DNA from: Spirochaetia bacterium | GTDB lineage: Bacteria > Spirochaetota > Spirochaetia > DSM-2461 | Assembly: GCA_963668315.1 (NCBI GenBank) | Contig: OY764216.1 | Coordinates: 5,024,001-5,088,000, forward strand | Direction: 5' to 3' | Length of the DNA: 64,000 nt | Shown here: positions 7,936-17,929 of the stretch, piece after piece | How the letters are laid out: every line of letters begins with the position of its first letter | Numbering within the stretch: position 1 is the first letter of the stretch | The notes under the pieces: generated by a model | Databases searched by the model: none | Told to the model about the DNA's origin: nothing | The model's input: the letters and a program-made list of their open reading frames with translations, nothing else | Made by a program: the position numbers and the translations under genes

Positions 7936-10908
7936 TCAGGGATGATTATTGGTCAGATACGGAAACCCGTTGTTTTCATCAATGGACCAGACCGGCTGCC
8001 CGGAGGTAAAATCAAATCCTGAAAAATTTGATTGATGAGTCATTTCCTCTTCCGTTCGAGGGGTAACGCCGGTAACTGTTGAAACGGCCGCGCCATCCGG
8101 ATCGCAGTAGACAGCGGTTAAGCTGGATGCATCGGAATTATAGTAACAGTTTTCAATGATTGGTAAATCACTACCGTATCTGCCAAGCATTGTTCCTGAC
8201 TCTACGGAGGCGGTTATTCCGCAGGATGAATAACTGTTTGATAGGGTCAGATTAGCTCCGCTTGCTCCGATTAACCCGCCTACGCTCTCGGAACTGCTGT
8301 TTCCAAGGGTTCCGATGGAGTAGCAATCCGTAATCGTACTATCAGCGGTTAGAGCGCCCAGCAGTCCTCCAACACACGTTATTCTGCCTGCTGTGGGGGT
8401 TACAGTAATATTTGAATAACAGGATGATACGTTAAGAGAGGAACTTGTATACATGCTATGTGCGTCCCCGATTATACCGCCCAGGCATGATCCGCTTCCT
8501 GTGCATTTAATGGTCACTTCAGCAGAACTGTTGCTTATATCGGATATTGTTTCAGAGTCTCCAATATTAAGATATCCAATTAGCCCCCCAATCTTGTTGC
8601 CGTATCCGCTGAAAGTTGTTGATGAGACATGGCAGTCTGAAACAACTATGCTGCCTTTGGCTAACCCTATAAGGCCGCCCATAGCCTGCTCGCCATAGCT
8701 GTCAAAGGAACCCGAGACGGTGCATGCGTTTATTGTTCCGCTTACCATCTCGCCGACAATAGTCCCTAGATAATAACTAGAAGGACATTTCATGCTGACA
8801 TTTACAAAGTTTATATTCGTTATAGTGATATTGTCTGCATAGCCCAGGAGCCCCTGATCATAGTTATTAGATGTGATTTTCAGGTTGCTGATAGTATGGC
8901 CCTGCCCGTCTATGATACCGGTGAACTTAGACCATGCGTCAGGTCCTACGGGTGTCCATTCTTTGGTATCATCATCGATAGAAAGATCAATATCCGCGGA
9001 GATAAGGTAGAAACCGCTTCGATCATCCGACATGTCGGCCAGTTGATCCGGTGTTGCAGGATAATAAACATTTCTTGATACATCATCGTAGAGGCAAATG
9101 TTGACCCCTTCACCGTTTGCTGATTCATTGCCCGCCGCATCCACAGCTACAAGCAGTGGGAGATAAGTTCCTCCGGTCGCAAGTCCATTGAATGTATAGG
9201 TTGTTTCTCCGTTTTCCAGTTTCACCTGTGCGCTGCTGTTGTAACTTACAAGAACGTGGTCAAAACTTGGATCATCTGAAGGGGTACTCCAGTTTATCGT
9301 AATTTTTCCGCCTCCGGCTTTAGTAATTACCGGATTTATCGTTTGAGGTTTACTTGAGTCATAAATGACTGTACAGCTGGTTTCTTTGGAAGTAATACCA
9401 TAGACATCTGAAGCCGCCCCGTTCCGGACTGTAACGGTAACGTCTTTTTCTACATTTGCTTCTGCGGTTACTATGATCTCGGCAGTATACGTTTTGTCGC
9501 TTCCGGTTATTTCGGATAGTCTTCCGTTTGTTACAGCTATGTCGTCGCTGTCCAAACCTGATACATTCTTATTAAAGCTGAGATTAATCGTAAAGATCTC
9601 TGCACTAGTGTAGCCCCTGTTAACATCATCGGGCGTCATTATTAGGATTACTTCTGCAGACCACATGGCATACAGTGTTATATCTGAAGTTACGATCTGT
9701 ATGGAACTTCCGGTTCTGTAAGAGGTTCCGCTGCCGTCGGCCGCTGTGTTCCATCCGGCAAAACCGTTTCCTTCAAGGGTAAACTCACAGCTCGGCAGTG
9801 TTATCGTCGCGCCCTCTGCCACGGACCTGGACGCCATCGTCCCATCCCCTCCGTTGGCGTCAAAGCTCAGGGTATGCATAATCTGCAACCATACCGCATA
9901 TAGGGTTATGTCTGACGAGGCCATAGTAAATGTACTGCCCGCGGCGTATGTCTCTCCGCTGCCGTCGGCCGCCGTGTTCCATCCGGCAAAACTGTATCCT
10001 ACAAGAGTAAAATCACAACTAGGCAGTGTTACCGTCGCGCCCTCCGCCATGGTCCTGGACGCCATCGTCCCATCCCCGGTGTTGGCGTCAAAGCTCAGGG
10101 TATGCATATTCTGCGACCATACCGCATAGAGGGTTATGTCTGAAGCGGCCATAGTAAATGTACTGCTCGCGGCGTATGTTGTTCCGCTGCCGTCGGCCGC
10201 CGTGTTCCAGCCGGCAAAACTGTATCCTACAAGGGTAAAATCACAACTCGGCAGTATCTCAGGAGCGCCCTCAGCTACGATTCGGGACGCCATTGTCCCT
10301 TCTCCGCCGTTGGCGTCAAAGCTCAGGGTATGCACATTCTGTGACCATACCGCATAAAGGGTTATGTCTGCCGTGGCCATAGTGAATGCACTGCCCGCGG
10401 CGTATATCGCTCCGCTGCCGTCGGCCGCCGTGTTCCATCCGGCGAAACTGTATCTTTCAAGGGTAAAATCACAACTCGGCAGTGTTACCGTCGCGCCCTC
10501 TGCCACGGTCCCGGACGCCATTGTCCCTTCCCCGCCGTTGGCGTCAAAGCTCAGGGTATGCACATTCTGCGACCATACCGCATAGAGGGTTATGTCTGCC
10601 GCGGCCATAGGAAATGTACTGCCCTCGGCGTATGTCGTTCCGCTGCCGTCGGCCGCCGTGTTCCAGCCGGCGAAGGAGAAATTTGTTTTTGCCAATCCTC
10701 CCGTATTGCCCCGAACCGTAACGGAAGCCCCGCTAAGGTAAGATGTGCTGTCGACCGGTACTGTTCCGGACGTGGTGCCGTTGCCATCGTAGATGACCAT
10801 GAAGGTTCTACTAGCCGGTGAATCCATTGGGCATCCGCTAACAAGGGCCGCGAGAGTTATCATCAAGATAACCGCAAACGCCCTTAGCATATTTGTTGTC
10901 TTTTTCAA
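7936..10908 (-). CDS. Surface lipoprotein with five InlB-B (Listeria-Bacteroides) repeats, Ig/Fn3-like and GLUG-type C-terminal region
   Basis: Lipobox LVSGC; FAGWNTAADGSG...ITLYAVW repeats; FTGIIDGQGHTISNL, GGLIG repeats. Confidence 0.85.
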   Translation of the reverse strand: MKKTTNMLRAFAVILMITLAALVSGCPMDSPASRTFMVIYDGNGTTSGTVPVDSTSYLSGASVTVRGNTGGLAKTNFSFAGWNTAADGSGTTYAEGSTFPMAAADITLYAVWSQNVHTLSFDANGGEGTMASGTVAEGATVTLPSCDFTLERYSFAGWNTAADGSGAIYAAGSAFTMATADITLYAVWSQNVHTLSFDANGGEGTMASRIVAEGAPEILPSCDFTLVGYSFAGWNTAADGSGTTYAASSTFTMAASDITLYAVWSQNMHTLSFDANTGDGTMASRTMAEGATVTLPSCDFTLVGYSFAGWNTAADGSGETYAAGSTFTMASSDITLYAVWLQIMHTLSFDANGGDGTMASRSVAEGATITLPSCEFTLEGNGFAGWNTAADGSGTSYRTGSSIQIVTSDITLYAMWSAEVILIMTPDDVNRGYTSAEIFTINLSFNKNVSGLDSDDIAVTNGRLSEITGSDKTYTAEIIVTAEANVEKDVTVTVRNGAASDVYGITSKETSCTVIYDSSKPQTINPVITKAGGGKITINWSTPSDDPSFDHVLVSYNSSAQVKLENGETTYTFNGLATGGTYLPLLVAVDAAGNESANGEGVNICLYDDVSRNVYYPATPDQLADMSDDRSGFYLISADIDLSIDDDTKEWTPVGPDAWSKFTGIIDGQGHTISNLKITSNNYDQGLLGYADNITITNINFVNVSMKCPSSYYLGTIVGEMVSGTINACTVSGSFDSYGEQAMGGLIGLAKGSIVVSDCHVSSTTFSGYGNKIGGLIGYLNIGDSETISDISNSSAEVTIKCTGSGSCLGGIIGDAHSMYTSSSLNVSSCYSNITVTPTAGRITCVGGLLGALTADSTITDCYSIGTLGNSSSESVGGLIGASGANLTLSNSYSSCGITASVESGTMLGRYGSDLPIIENCYYNSDASSLTAVYCDPDGAAVSTVTGVTPRTEEEMTHQSNFSGFDFTSGQPVWSIDENNGFPYLTNNHP
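9660..10800 (-). repeat. Five intragenic tandem repeats of ~228 bp (76 aa)
   Basis: CCGCTGCCGTCGGCCGC recurs every 228 bp. Confidence 0.9.
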
Positions 10909-11583
10909 TTAGGGAATCTCTCCTTCCATATTGTATAATATAGGTGGAATATATACGAAGCAGAGTTCCCCGTCGTCCGGATATATATTTTGGGACTTTT
11001 TTGGAGAAAAAAGTTCATGTTTCTTTAATCGGTCCCGGAGGATCGGCTGTTCAATTCAAATACGGTGATACTGTAAGGCATAAGCTCATATTTAAAATTC
11101 TCAGAGGCGAGAGTCAATTCTTCTATATACTTGACCTCCGCGGAAGATGAATCAAAGTATAAACCTTCGCTTTGCCGTTATGGGGTTCATAGTCTCCCTT
11201 TGAATCAAAAGCGTCATTCAATTTTCCGTCCCGTTTATTTATCCCTATGACCACCATTCTGTCTTGATTAATCGAATCCCGACTTGCGAAGACCGAACAT
11301 AGCTCCTTATCCGTGGAATGGGCGGGGATGAAAAAACTGAACAGATTCATCCTGAGGAGCAAATCGAGAGTGAATCCCCAATGGCTTTTGTACGGCATGG
11401 TTCATAATATCGGAAAGATTCAGAGGTATGGGGGAAGATAGGAGATGATAAAATGGGAGAATGATAGGGATTTGAGACGAAGGCTTTAATGCCCGGAGGC
11501 GTGATTCTGCTGGATGCGGGTTATTCTACAGTCTCGTTATGCCTACAGAAGGTTTGATTTAATCAAGAATAGGTAGCGCGAAG

Positions 11584-11829
11584 ATGACGACTGTTAGGTT
11601 AAATGATGAAATTGAGACTAAATTATCAATGCTGACAGATATAGAAAAATCATCTAAATCAGAGGTGATTAAAAAGACAATTGCAGAATATTATGAATCC
11701 CATTACCAAGATAAAACTCCCTATGAACTGGGTGAGAGTCTATTCGGAAAATATGGAGCAGATGAGAATTTATCGCTGAATTATAAAGAAAAGCTTAAGG
11801 ATATGCTTAATGAAAAATACTCTCATTGA
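11584..11829 (+). CDS. CopG/RHH-type antitoxin
   Basis: TTVRLNDE...SKSEVIK; overlaps PIN gene. Confidence 0.75.
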   Translation: MTTVRLNDEIETKLSMLTDIEKSSKSEVIKKTIAEYYESHYQDKTPYELGESLFGKYGADENLSLNYKEKLKDMLNEKYSH

Positions 11830-12046
11830 TGCTGGTCCATTAATTGCCCTGTTTAATAAGAACGATAAATATAATCGACAAATAACAACATTCCTGAAAA
11901 ATTATACTGGCCGATTACTTAGCAGTTGGCCCGTAATTACAGAAATTTCCCATATGTTGAGCTTCAATGTACAAACTCAGATTGATTTTTTAACGTGGGT
12001 CAAACGGGGAGGAATACGCAAGCGAAAAAGACAGAATGAGATATAG
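11810..12046 (+). pseudogene. PIN-domain (VapC-like) toxin, C-terminally truncated
   Basis: LIDAGPLIAL...D.Y, WPVITE; only 78 aa, lacks distal acidic residues. Confidence 0.7.
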
Positions 12047-12317
12047 GGTTTATTTTTAAAAGTAACGGGTGTAGGGTTATGATGGTTGGAGGAGACGATT
12101 CCTACGATACTGGTGAGATTCTCTGCGATAGAATCTCATTTAGAAAGGAGGATCATTGAAACTCCATGGGACGGACGGTTTCGTCCAAATTCACCGCCTA
12201 TCTGCTCGCGCAGAGATGGACGGCTAAGAGTTATACGATATTTAAAGCAGTAACACAAAAGATGCAAAATAATGTTTCAATATAGTAGAATAAATGATTT
12301 TTATTTTGGAGAGTTAA

Positions 12318-13142
12318 ATGAAAGAGAAATTCCCGCTAAGGTTTTTCATCATTGCATTTGCATGGTCGTGGATAATTTGGTTACCTTTAATACTTGCTGG
12401 CTTTGGAATAATTCCAATAAATAAAGAATTATTAGCTTCGATTGAAACTCCAGTATCAATTGTCGCTGCATTTGGACCAGCTATTGGTGCATTTGTTTCA
12501 TTGCGAACTCTCGATGGTAAAGGAGCTGTTGCTTCTTATATTAGGTCATTTCTTAATCTTAAATTTGGATTAAAAGTCTGGATTTGGATCTTTTTTGTAT
12601 TAGGTCTAAGTACTGTTGCTTCTTGGTTTTTACCAGAATTATTTGGGGAACCCCGTCTAGCAATGCTATTACCAAATATTTATATTTTTCCAATATATTG
12701 GTTAATCATGGTATTCTTTGGGGGAGGGCAAGAAGAAATAGGATGGAGGGGTTATATTTTAACTTTTCTTGAAAGACGCTTTGGACTCTTTTGGGGTTCC
12801 TGCGTTTTAGGATTGATTTGGGCCTGTTGGCATATTCCCCTGTGGTTTATTCCTGGAACAAGTCAAACATATATGAACTTTTTCGGATTTATAATGCTAA
12901 CTACAGGTTACTCCTTTTTCTTTTCTTGGATAATGAAAGCTTCCGGGAATCGTCCGTTAGCGGGGTTGATTGCCCATGGAACAGCAAATGCATTTATTCC
13001 CCTTTTTCCGGTTTTAATAATGAAGCTTGAAGTGCCGCAAGTTAGATTCTGGATTTGGACATCATTAACTTTAATTATTGGTATTATCTTTATATTTGTA
13101 AAAATCAATAATCCTAATGGTTCTCACAAGCAAAGCACATAA
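12318..13142 (+). CDS. CPBP (CAAX/Abi) family intramembrane protease (cassette)
   Basis: EEIGWRG, WACWHIP, AHGTAN. Confidence 0.9.
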   Translation: MKEKFPLRFFIIAFAWSWIIWLPLILAGFGIIPINKELLASIETPVSIVAAFGPAIGAFVSLRTLDGKGAVASYIRSFLNLKFGLKVWIWIFFVLGLSTVASWFLPELFGEPRLAMLLPNIYIFPIYWLIMVFFGGGQEEIGWRGYILTFLERRFGLFWGSCVLGLIWACWHIPLWFIPGTSQTYMNFFGFIMLTTGYSFFFSWIMKASGNRPLAGLIAHGTANAFIPLFPVLIMKLEVPQVRFWIWTSLTLIIGIIFIFVKINNPNGSHKQST

Positions 13143-13295
13143 CAGTGGTTCCGCGGTCTGCAGATTCGCCTTCTATGCGTCATTACTTCACCCAGATGCC
13201 CTTTGACAAATCCCCGCATTAAGATGATATAATTAAACAATATTTCATCAATCTATCGGGATTGCTGACTTTACGGAAGCATAAAACAACATTTG
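13137..13295 (+). repeat. Degenerate long-type attC with promoter module
   Basis: ACATAAC overlaps stop; CTTCACCCA..GCCCTTTGACAAATCC shared with other sites; TTGACA-19-(TGa)TATAAT; right arm eroded. Confidence 0.6.
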
Positions 13296-13321
13296 TAGAT
13301 CATGTATTAGAGGAGAATCCA

Positions 13322-13687
13322 ATGAGCGAAATAATCAGAGGTGATGTTAACGAGGAATGGGCACATTCAGGCTATGTAGTAGCTGGGGATTTTGTGTTCC
13401 TGAATTACTGTGTTGGTAATGTGGGGAAATCAGTAAAAGAGCAGATTGAAGGAGCTCTTGATAATATGGAAAAACGCCTGAAAGAAGTAAATCTTACTCT
13501 GGAAAATGTAGTAAAGGTGGACGTTCTTTTCAGAGATGTTTGGAATATTCCTGTTATGGAAGAAGTATTTAAGAGGCGGTTCAAGGGAAAATATCCGGCG
13601 AGGAAAACTATTTCGACTGATTTTGCCCATGCCGGGGGCCCGGACGGCCTTGAATTCCAAATCGATGGAATTGCTTACAAAGGATGA
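13322..13687 (+). CDS. RidA/YjgF family protein
   Basis: LENVVKV, YPARK, FQIDGIAY. Confidence 0.85.
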   Translation: MSEIIRGDVNEEWAHSGYVVAGDFVFLNYCVGNVGKSVKEQIEGALDNMEKRLKEVNLTLENVVKVDVLFRDVWNIPVMEEVFKRRFKGKYPARKTISTDFAHAGGPDGLEFQIDGIAYKG

Positions 13688-14208
13688 ATGATCAACGCCA
13701 TCGATTAAGGAATATTTGCTTCGCTTCAATTCGGGCCCGAATTGGCCTGGGGTAATCGTTGTATGATTTTATTAATTCCCAACAAACAAGCCGACACCAT
13801 GTGAATTAATAATTGGAATGGTTCAATAGAAACGGAAACTTGTCAGAGAGAACAAGTAGACGACTATGATAGTCACGATAAATTACAGCAAATATACGGA
13901 TATAAAGAATGTTTTGATAAGCTGCTTCTTCAGGAACCATAGCTAAAGGACAATTTTTATGGGTTGTGGATCTGAATAAAGATAGGGATCCCCCTGACAG
14001 CTTAACAATGGCAGGCCGACAGGAAACATTCCCGGTTCTCCCCTTTCATTTCTGGGGTATGTGGTTCATGACATGTATTTTAATGCGTAAGGCAAGCATA
14101 CTTTTCAGAGAGTTATCAAACCGGATGTAAACGGCCGGTTGCAGAGAAGTAACCCCGGGTTGATTGCCTGATCTCCGGGTTAGGGTAAAATACTCGCAAG
14201 GAGTAATT

Positions 14209-14880
14209 ATGGATTTCGGAAACAGAATACATGAATTAAGAAATAATGCAGGTCTGACCCAGGAGCAGCTGGCGGAGAAACTGGATATCTCAAGACAGTC
14301 GGTAACGAAATGGGAAAAGAATCTCTCCCTCCCCGATATAGATAAACTGATAGAATTAAGCCTCATTTTCGGTGTATCCATAGATTATCTGATAAAAGGG
14401 AGAAGCAAATATTCAGATTATGATAACTCAGAAACTGAGGATTATGAAATAATAAAATCCTTTCTCTGTACGGCGAAACAAAATACATACGCCGCCCATG
14501 GCGCGGAAGTGGCATCCTCAAGATCACACTCCCATGACCTCTCTTTTCAAGATGGGATTTTTTCCTATTTGGATTCCTATTTTGGCGGTGAAAGCTTCAT
14601 AGGAGAAGAGGTCCTATATGTGGGTGGAGAGCCCTTCTGGGCTATGAATTATTCGGGACGTGTTCTTGATGGTAATTTTTCAGGTGATTTTCTCAAAGAG
14701 TGTTTATCGGCCGTAAAGATTGAGAGACCATTCAGGGGACCGGAAATCCATAAAAACGGCAATTTCACTTATCATTCCAGCGTGAGGGGGGATTTTGGTT
14801 GGTTCACCGGCGAAGAAGATATCTTTTTTCAAACAGAGAAAGTTTATGAGTGCATTTTTCACGGGGGAAGGATAAAATAG
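14209..14880 (+). CDS. XRE HTH regulator fused to DUF5680-like domain
   Basis: GLTQEQLAEKLDISRQSVTKWE; AKQNTYA, YLDSYFGG, WAMNYSG, PFRGP. Confidence 0.8.
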   Translation: MDFGNRIHELRNNAGLTQEQLAEKLDISRQSVTKWEKNLSLPDIDKLIELSLIFGVSIDYLIKGRSKYSDYDNSETEDYEIIKSFLCTAKQNTYAAHGAEVASSRSHSHDLSFQDGIFSYLDSYFGGESFIGEEVLYVGGEPFWAMNYSGRVLDGNFSGDFLKECLSAVKIERPFRGPEIHKNGNFTYHSSVRGDFGWFTGEEDIFFQTEKVYECIFHGGRIK

Positions 14881-14915
14881 ATCCTTGCTTCGGCCATGGC
14901 AAAAGGACGGGACAG

Positions 14916-15539
14916 ATGAAAGAGAAGAGCTGTAAAACACAGGCTATCCTCGAAGAGTCGGGAAATAACCATTCCAGGGCGCTCCGGATAATCGAAGAAT
15001 TGCACATAGTCGAGGCTTGGGAAAGGTATCACTCACAGGCGAACCTTGTCGGTTCGGTTGCCACCAATCTCCTTATGAATCATCTGGATATCGATTTTCA
15101 TATCTATTCAGAGAGATTCAGCATAAAAGACAGTTTTTCTGCGGTGGGCGAAATAGCGTCATCTGAGAGGGTGAAAAAAGTTACCTATAGTAATAATATT
15201 AACCGGGAAGACAGGTGTGTGGAATGGCATCTTGAATACGAAGACGAAGGGGCAGAAATCTGGCAGATTGACCTGATTCACCTTCTTAACGATTCGCCCT
15301 ATGTGGGAAAATTTGAGCGGGTTGCTGAAAAAATACAGAAAGCCCTGGATTCCGAATCAAGAAGCAGGATACTGGAAATCAAATGGGAACTTTCAAAGCA
15401 GAATAAAAAGGTCATGGGAATTGAAGTCTGCCGGGCTGTCCTCGAAGGCGGAGTTCATTCATACAGAGATTTTCTGAAATGGCAGCAGGAGAATCCCGTT
15501 ACGGGTATTGTCCTGTGGGAACCACTCCTCGGCAGCTGA
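14916..15539 (+). CDS. Hypothetical protein, nucleotidyltransferase-like
   Basis: LVGS...LDIDFH motif. Confidence 0.6.
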   Translation: MKEKSCKTQAILEESGNNHSRALRIIEELHIVEAWERYHSQANLVGSVATNLLMNHLDIDFHIYSERFSIKDSFSAVGEIASSERVKKVTYSNNINREDRCVEWHLEYEDEGAEIWQIDLIHLLNDSPYVGKFERVAEKIQKALDSESRSRILEIKWELSKQNKKVMGIEVCRAVLEGGVHSYRDFLKWQQENPVTGIVLWEPLLGS

Positions 15540-15583
15540 CCGAGTTTGCTTATTCAGATCTATCCGTTATTTTAAGGAGTTTT

Positions 15584-16036
15584 ATGAACGTATCGATTCT
15601 GCCGGAATCCCCGGAGAGCAGAGAAGCGGCCATGCTTATGGGGGAATTATCCGCCATACTTGAGTCCATAACAGGAGACAGCGGTCAATCATCCTTCAGC
15701 AATGAAGATGTCGCAAACAACAGATCGGTCTTTCTTATCGCCCGTGATCAGAGGAATTCACCCGTCGGCTGCGGAGCCATTCGCCCCTTGGATGATCATT
15801 GCGGAGAGATTAAGAGAATGTACTCAAAATTACCGGGATTAGGCTCCCGTATTTTGACCTGCCTGGAAGAGAGGGCCGGGACCTTAGGCTATCGGATTCT
15901 CAGACTGGAAACAAGAAAGATTAATGAAAGGGCGGTTAGTTTCTACTTGCGCAACGGATACGATATAATTGAGAATTATGGAAAGTACCGGGGAAACGAA
16001 AAGGCTGTCTGCTTTGAGAAAAAGCTGGTCGGATAG
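15584..16036 (+). CDS. GNAT family N-acetyltransferase
   Basis: VGCGAIRPL, EIKRMY, LRLET, AVSFYLRNGY. Confidence 0.85.
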   Translation: MNVSILPESPESREAAMLMGELSAILESITGDSGQSSFSNEDVANNRSVFLIARDQRNSPVGCGAIRPLDDHCGEIKRMYSKLPGLGSRILTCLEERAGTLGYRILRLETRKINERAVSFYLRNGYDIIENYGKYRGNEKAVCFEKKLVG

Positions 16037-16041
16037 ATAAA

Positions 16042-16584
16042 ATGGATTTCACTCTTTACCACTATTTTGAAGAGTCGGAGGGACCTCTCAGAAATTTATC
16101 GGCCCTCCCCATTGATGAGAGCGCCCATATACTCGAACAGATGAAAAAAGACTCATCCCGCCGATACGCCGCACAGAGACCTGACGGCTATATGAAGCGG
16201 AGAATCGAACTTGAAGGAATTATCCGCAATCTTTTTATAGAAAAGGGGGGAAAACCGGAAAAAACCTATCCCCACTATTTTGTCGTGGGAAAATGCCCCT
16301 GGTTCGATGAGTGGTATATCCATACATCTTCCCTTACAAAACAGATATGGGAGATTGACCCCGATACGGTCTCATTCACATACGGCGACTCCTTCCCCAC
16401 TTTCAGCGACAGGGTGAATGACGGCAGGGAATACAGAAAAAAAGTCTATACATACGATGAGATTTGCCGGCTGATTGAAAAATACGGCTATCCCCAGATA
16501 TGGAACCCCGATGGACGGCTCGGTCCGGAGCGTTATATAGAAGCCCATATCTGGAGCGATCGGGACTTATTGAATTTCCTATAA
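16042..16584 (+). CDS. Conserved hypothetical protein
   Basis: LYHYFE, GGKP..YPHY, SFTYGDSFP, YIEAHIWSD. Confidence 0.65.
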   Translation: MDFTLYHYFEESEGPLRNLSALPIDESAHILEQMKKDSSRRYAAQRPDGYMKRRIELEGIIRNLFIEKGGKPEKTYPHYFVVGKCPWFDEWYIHTSSLTKQIWEIDPDTVSFTYGDSFPTFSDRVNDGREYRKKVYTYDEICRLIEKYGYPQIWNPDGRLGPERYIEAHIWSDRDLLNFL

Positions 16585-16774
16585 ACAGCCCTGTCCCACG
16601 GAGAGATCACGGCGATGCTCCGGATCATCCGATCTCCCGGGAGATCGGGCAGGTTCCCGCAGGAACTGAGGGAGCGGCTCTTTTTTTTGTAAAAATGTTA
16701 TTTTCCCATAAAATGCATTTGACAGAGATTATGACATTATCTATTATTCTGTAATTTTTAAAAAAGGAGCATTT

Positions 16775-17776
16775 ATGCATCAATTGAAAAAGTCTGTCCT
16801 GATTCTGGCGGTTCTGTCTTTCGCGGCTGCCGGAATCTTTGCCAAAGGCTCTGCCGATCCTGTCAGTGTGAAAGTCCTCGAGATTTCCCTCTTCGAAGTG
16901 GGAGAATATGAAGGCGATTTCGCCGGAGAATTCCAGCACTGGTATGAAAAATACTTTTCCGGAACCGATTCCTATGAAATCAAGGGAATCCCCCATCCCC
17001 TGTTTGTCAACGAAGAGGGTGTAGCGGGAACCGTAGCGGGAATGGGAAAAGCCCAGGCCGCGTCGACTCTGACAGCCATTCTCTCCGACAGCCGGTTTGA
17101 TTTTTCCGAAACCTATATCGTTATATCCGGCTGCAGCGGAGCGACTCCCGACCGGGCCACTCTGGGAGATGTCATCATCGCCACCCAGCTGGTGGATTAC
17201 GAGCTGGGTCACGGCTGGACAGAATCGGACACACCCGCCGGCACCGAGGGAACCTTTCTCAAGGACGACAGCTATACCGACTCGGGTTTTATTCCCCTGA
17301 ACAGCAATCTGGTAAGCTGGGCCTTTGAGCAGACCATCGGCGTGGAACTTACCGATGATCCCAAAGCGGCGGACTACCGGGCACTTTATCCCCAGGAAGC
17401 GGCAAGAGCCCTCCCCTCCGTCAAGACCGGTGTCTCCATGACAGGAGACAATTACTGGCACGGTCCGGGATCTTCTGCCAGGGCCGATGAGGTCTGTGCC
17501 GACTACGACGCCGACAGATATATGGTCACCCAGATGGAGGATAACGGCTTCGGCGTTGTTGCCAAAAGATTTGATATGCTCGAAAGACTCCTCGTTATCC
17601 GCGACGTGGTGAACTTTGACCAGCCCCATCCCGGTCAGACGGTCCTGGAAAGCCTTGATACCAGCTCCGGCGGTTTTTCCATCGGCATGACAAACGGATT
17701 CCTCGTCGGATCCGCCATTGTCGATCAGATTCTTGCCAACTGGGAGTCCATGGAAGACTTGACTTCCGTTGAGTAA
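16775..17776 (+). CDS. Purine nucleoside permease (NUP) family secreted protein
   Basis: Signal peptide; GEFQHW, GDNYWHG, TQMEDNG, NFDQP. Confidence 0.75.
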   Translation: MHQLKKSVLILAVLSFAAAGIFAKGSADPVSVKVLEISLFEVGEYEGDFAGEFQHWYEKYFSGTDSYEIKGIPHPLFVNEEGVAGTVAGMGKAQAASTLTAILSDSRFDFSETYIVISGCSGATPDRATLGDVIIATQLVDYELGHGWTESDTPAGTEGTFLKDDSYTDSGFIPLNSNLVSWAFEQTIGVELTDDPKAADYRALYPQEAARALPSVKTGVSMTGDNYWHGPGSSARADEVCADYDADRYMVTQMEDNGFGVVAKRFDMLERLLVIRDVVNFDQPHPGQTVLESLDTSSGGFSIGMTNGFLVGSAIVDQILANWESMEDLTSVE

Positions 17777-17805
17777 AGTCTCCTTCCCGGAATCATATCT
17801 AACTT

Positions 17806-17851
17806 AAAAAAAGGCAGCTGTTGTCGAGAGACGAATTCAGCTGCCTTTTTT
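17806..17851. terminator. Rho-independent terminator
   Basis: A7-GGCAGCTG...CAGCTGCC-T6. Confidence 0.75.
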
Positions 17852-17929
17852 GCATATTTTTCCCCCGTATATTAAAATTATTATATCGCCGCTTTACCGC
17901 GATGAACTCTTGCTGGGGATGTAAAAAAA

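Larger units (their letters stand above)
56..13765 (+). mobile_element. Integron-like gene cassette array (sedentary integron or CALIN; integrase not in window, array runs off the left edge; degenerate beyond ~7.6 kb)
   Basis: Repeated (R)YYYAAC...GTT imperfect palindromes between co-oriented single AT-rich ORFs with cassette-typical functions. Confidence 0.85.

Noticed and set aside
9660..10800. 228-bp repeats as DGR template/variable repeats
   Set aside because: In-frame protein domain repeats; no reverse transcriptase and no adenine-specific pattern noted
11123..11398. 91-aa minus-strand ORF
   Set aside because: No recognisable motif or RBS; possibly a remnant
13690..13765. Possible further attC after ridA (ATCAAC..CGATTA...TAATC-GTTGTAT)
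   Set aside because: Too degenerate to list as its own feature; used only as a tentative array boundary
16590..16690. Hairpin cluster upstream of the nucleoside permease as a purine riboswitch
   Set aside because: Lacks purine-aptamer consensus and lies upstream of the likely promoter; probably a terminator region
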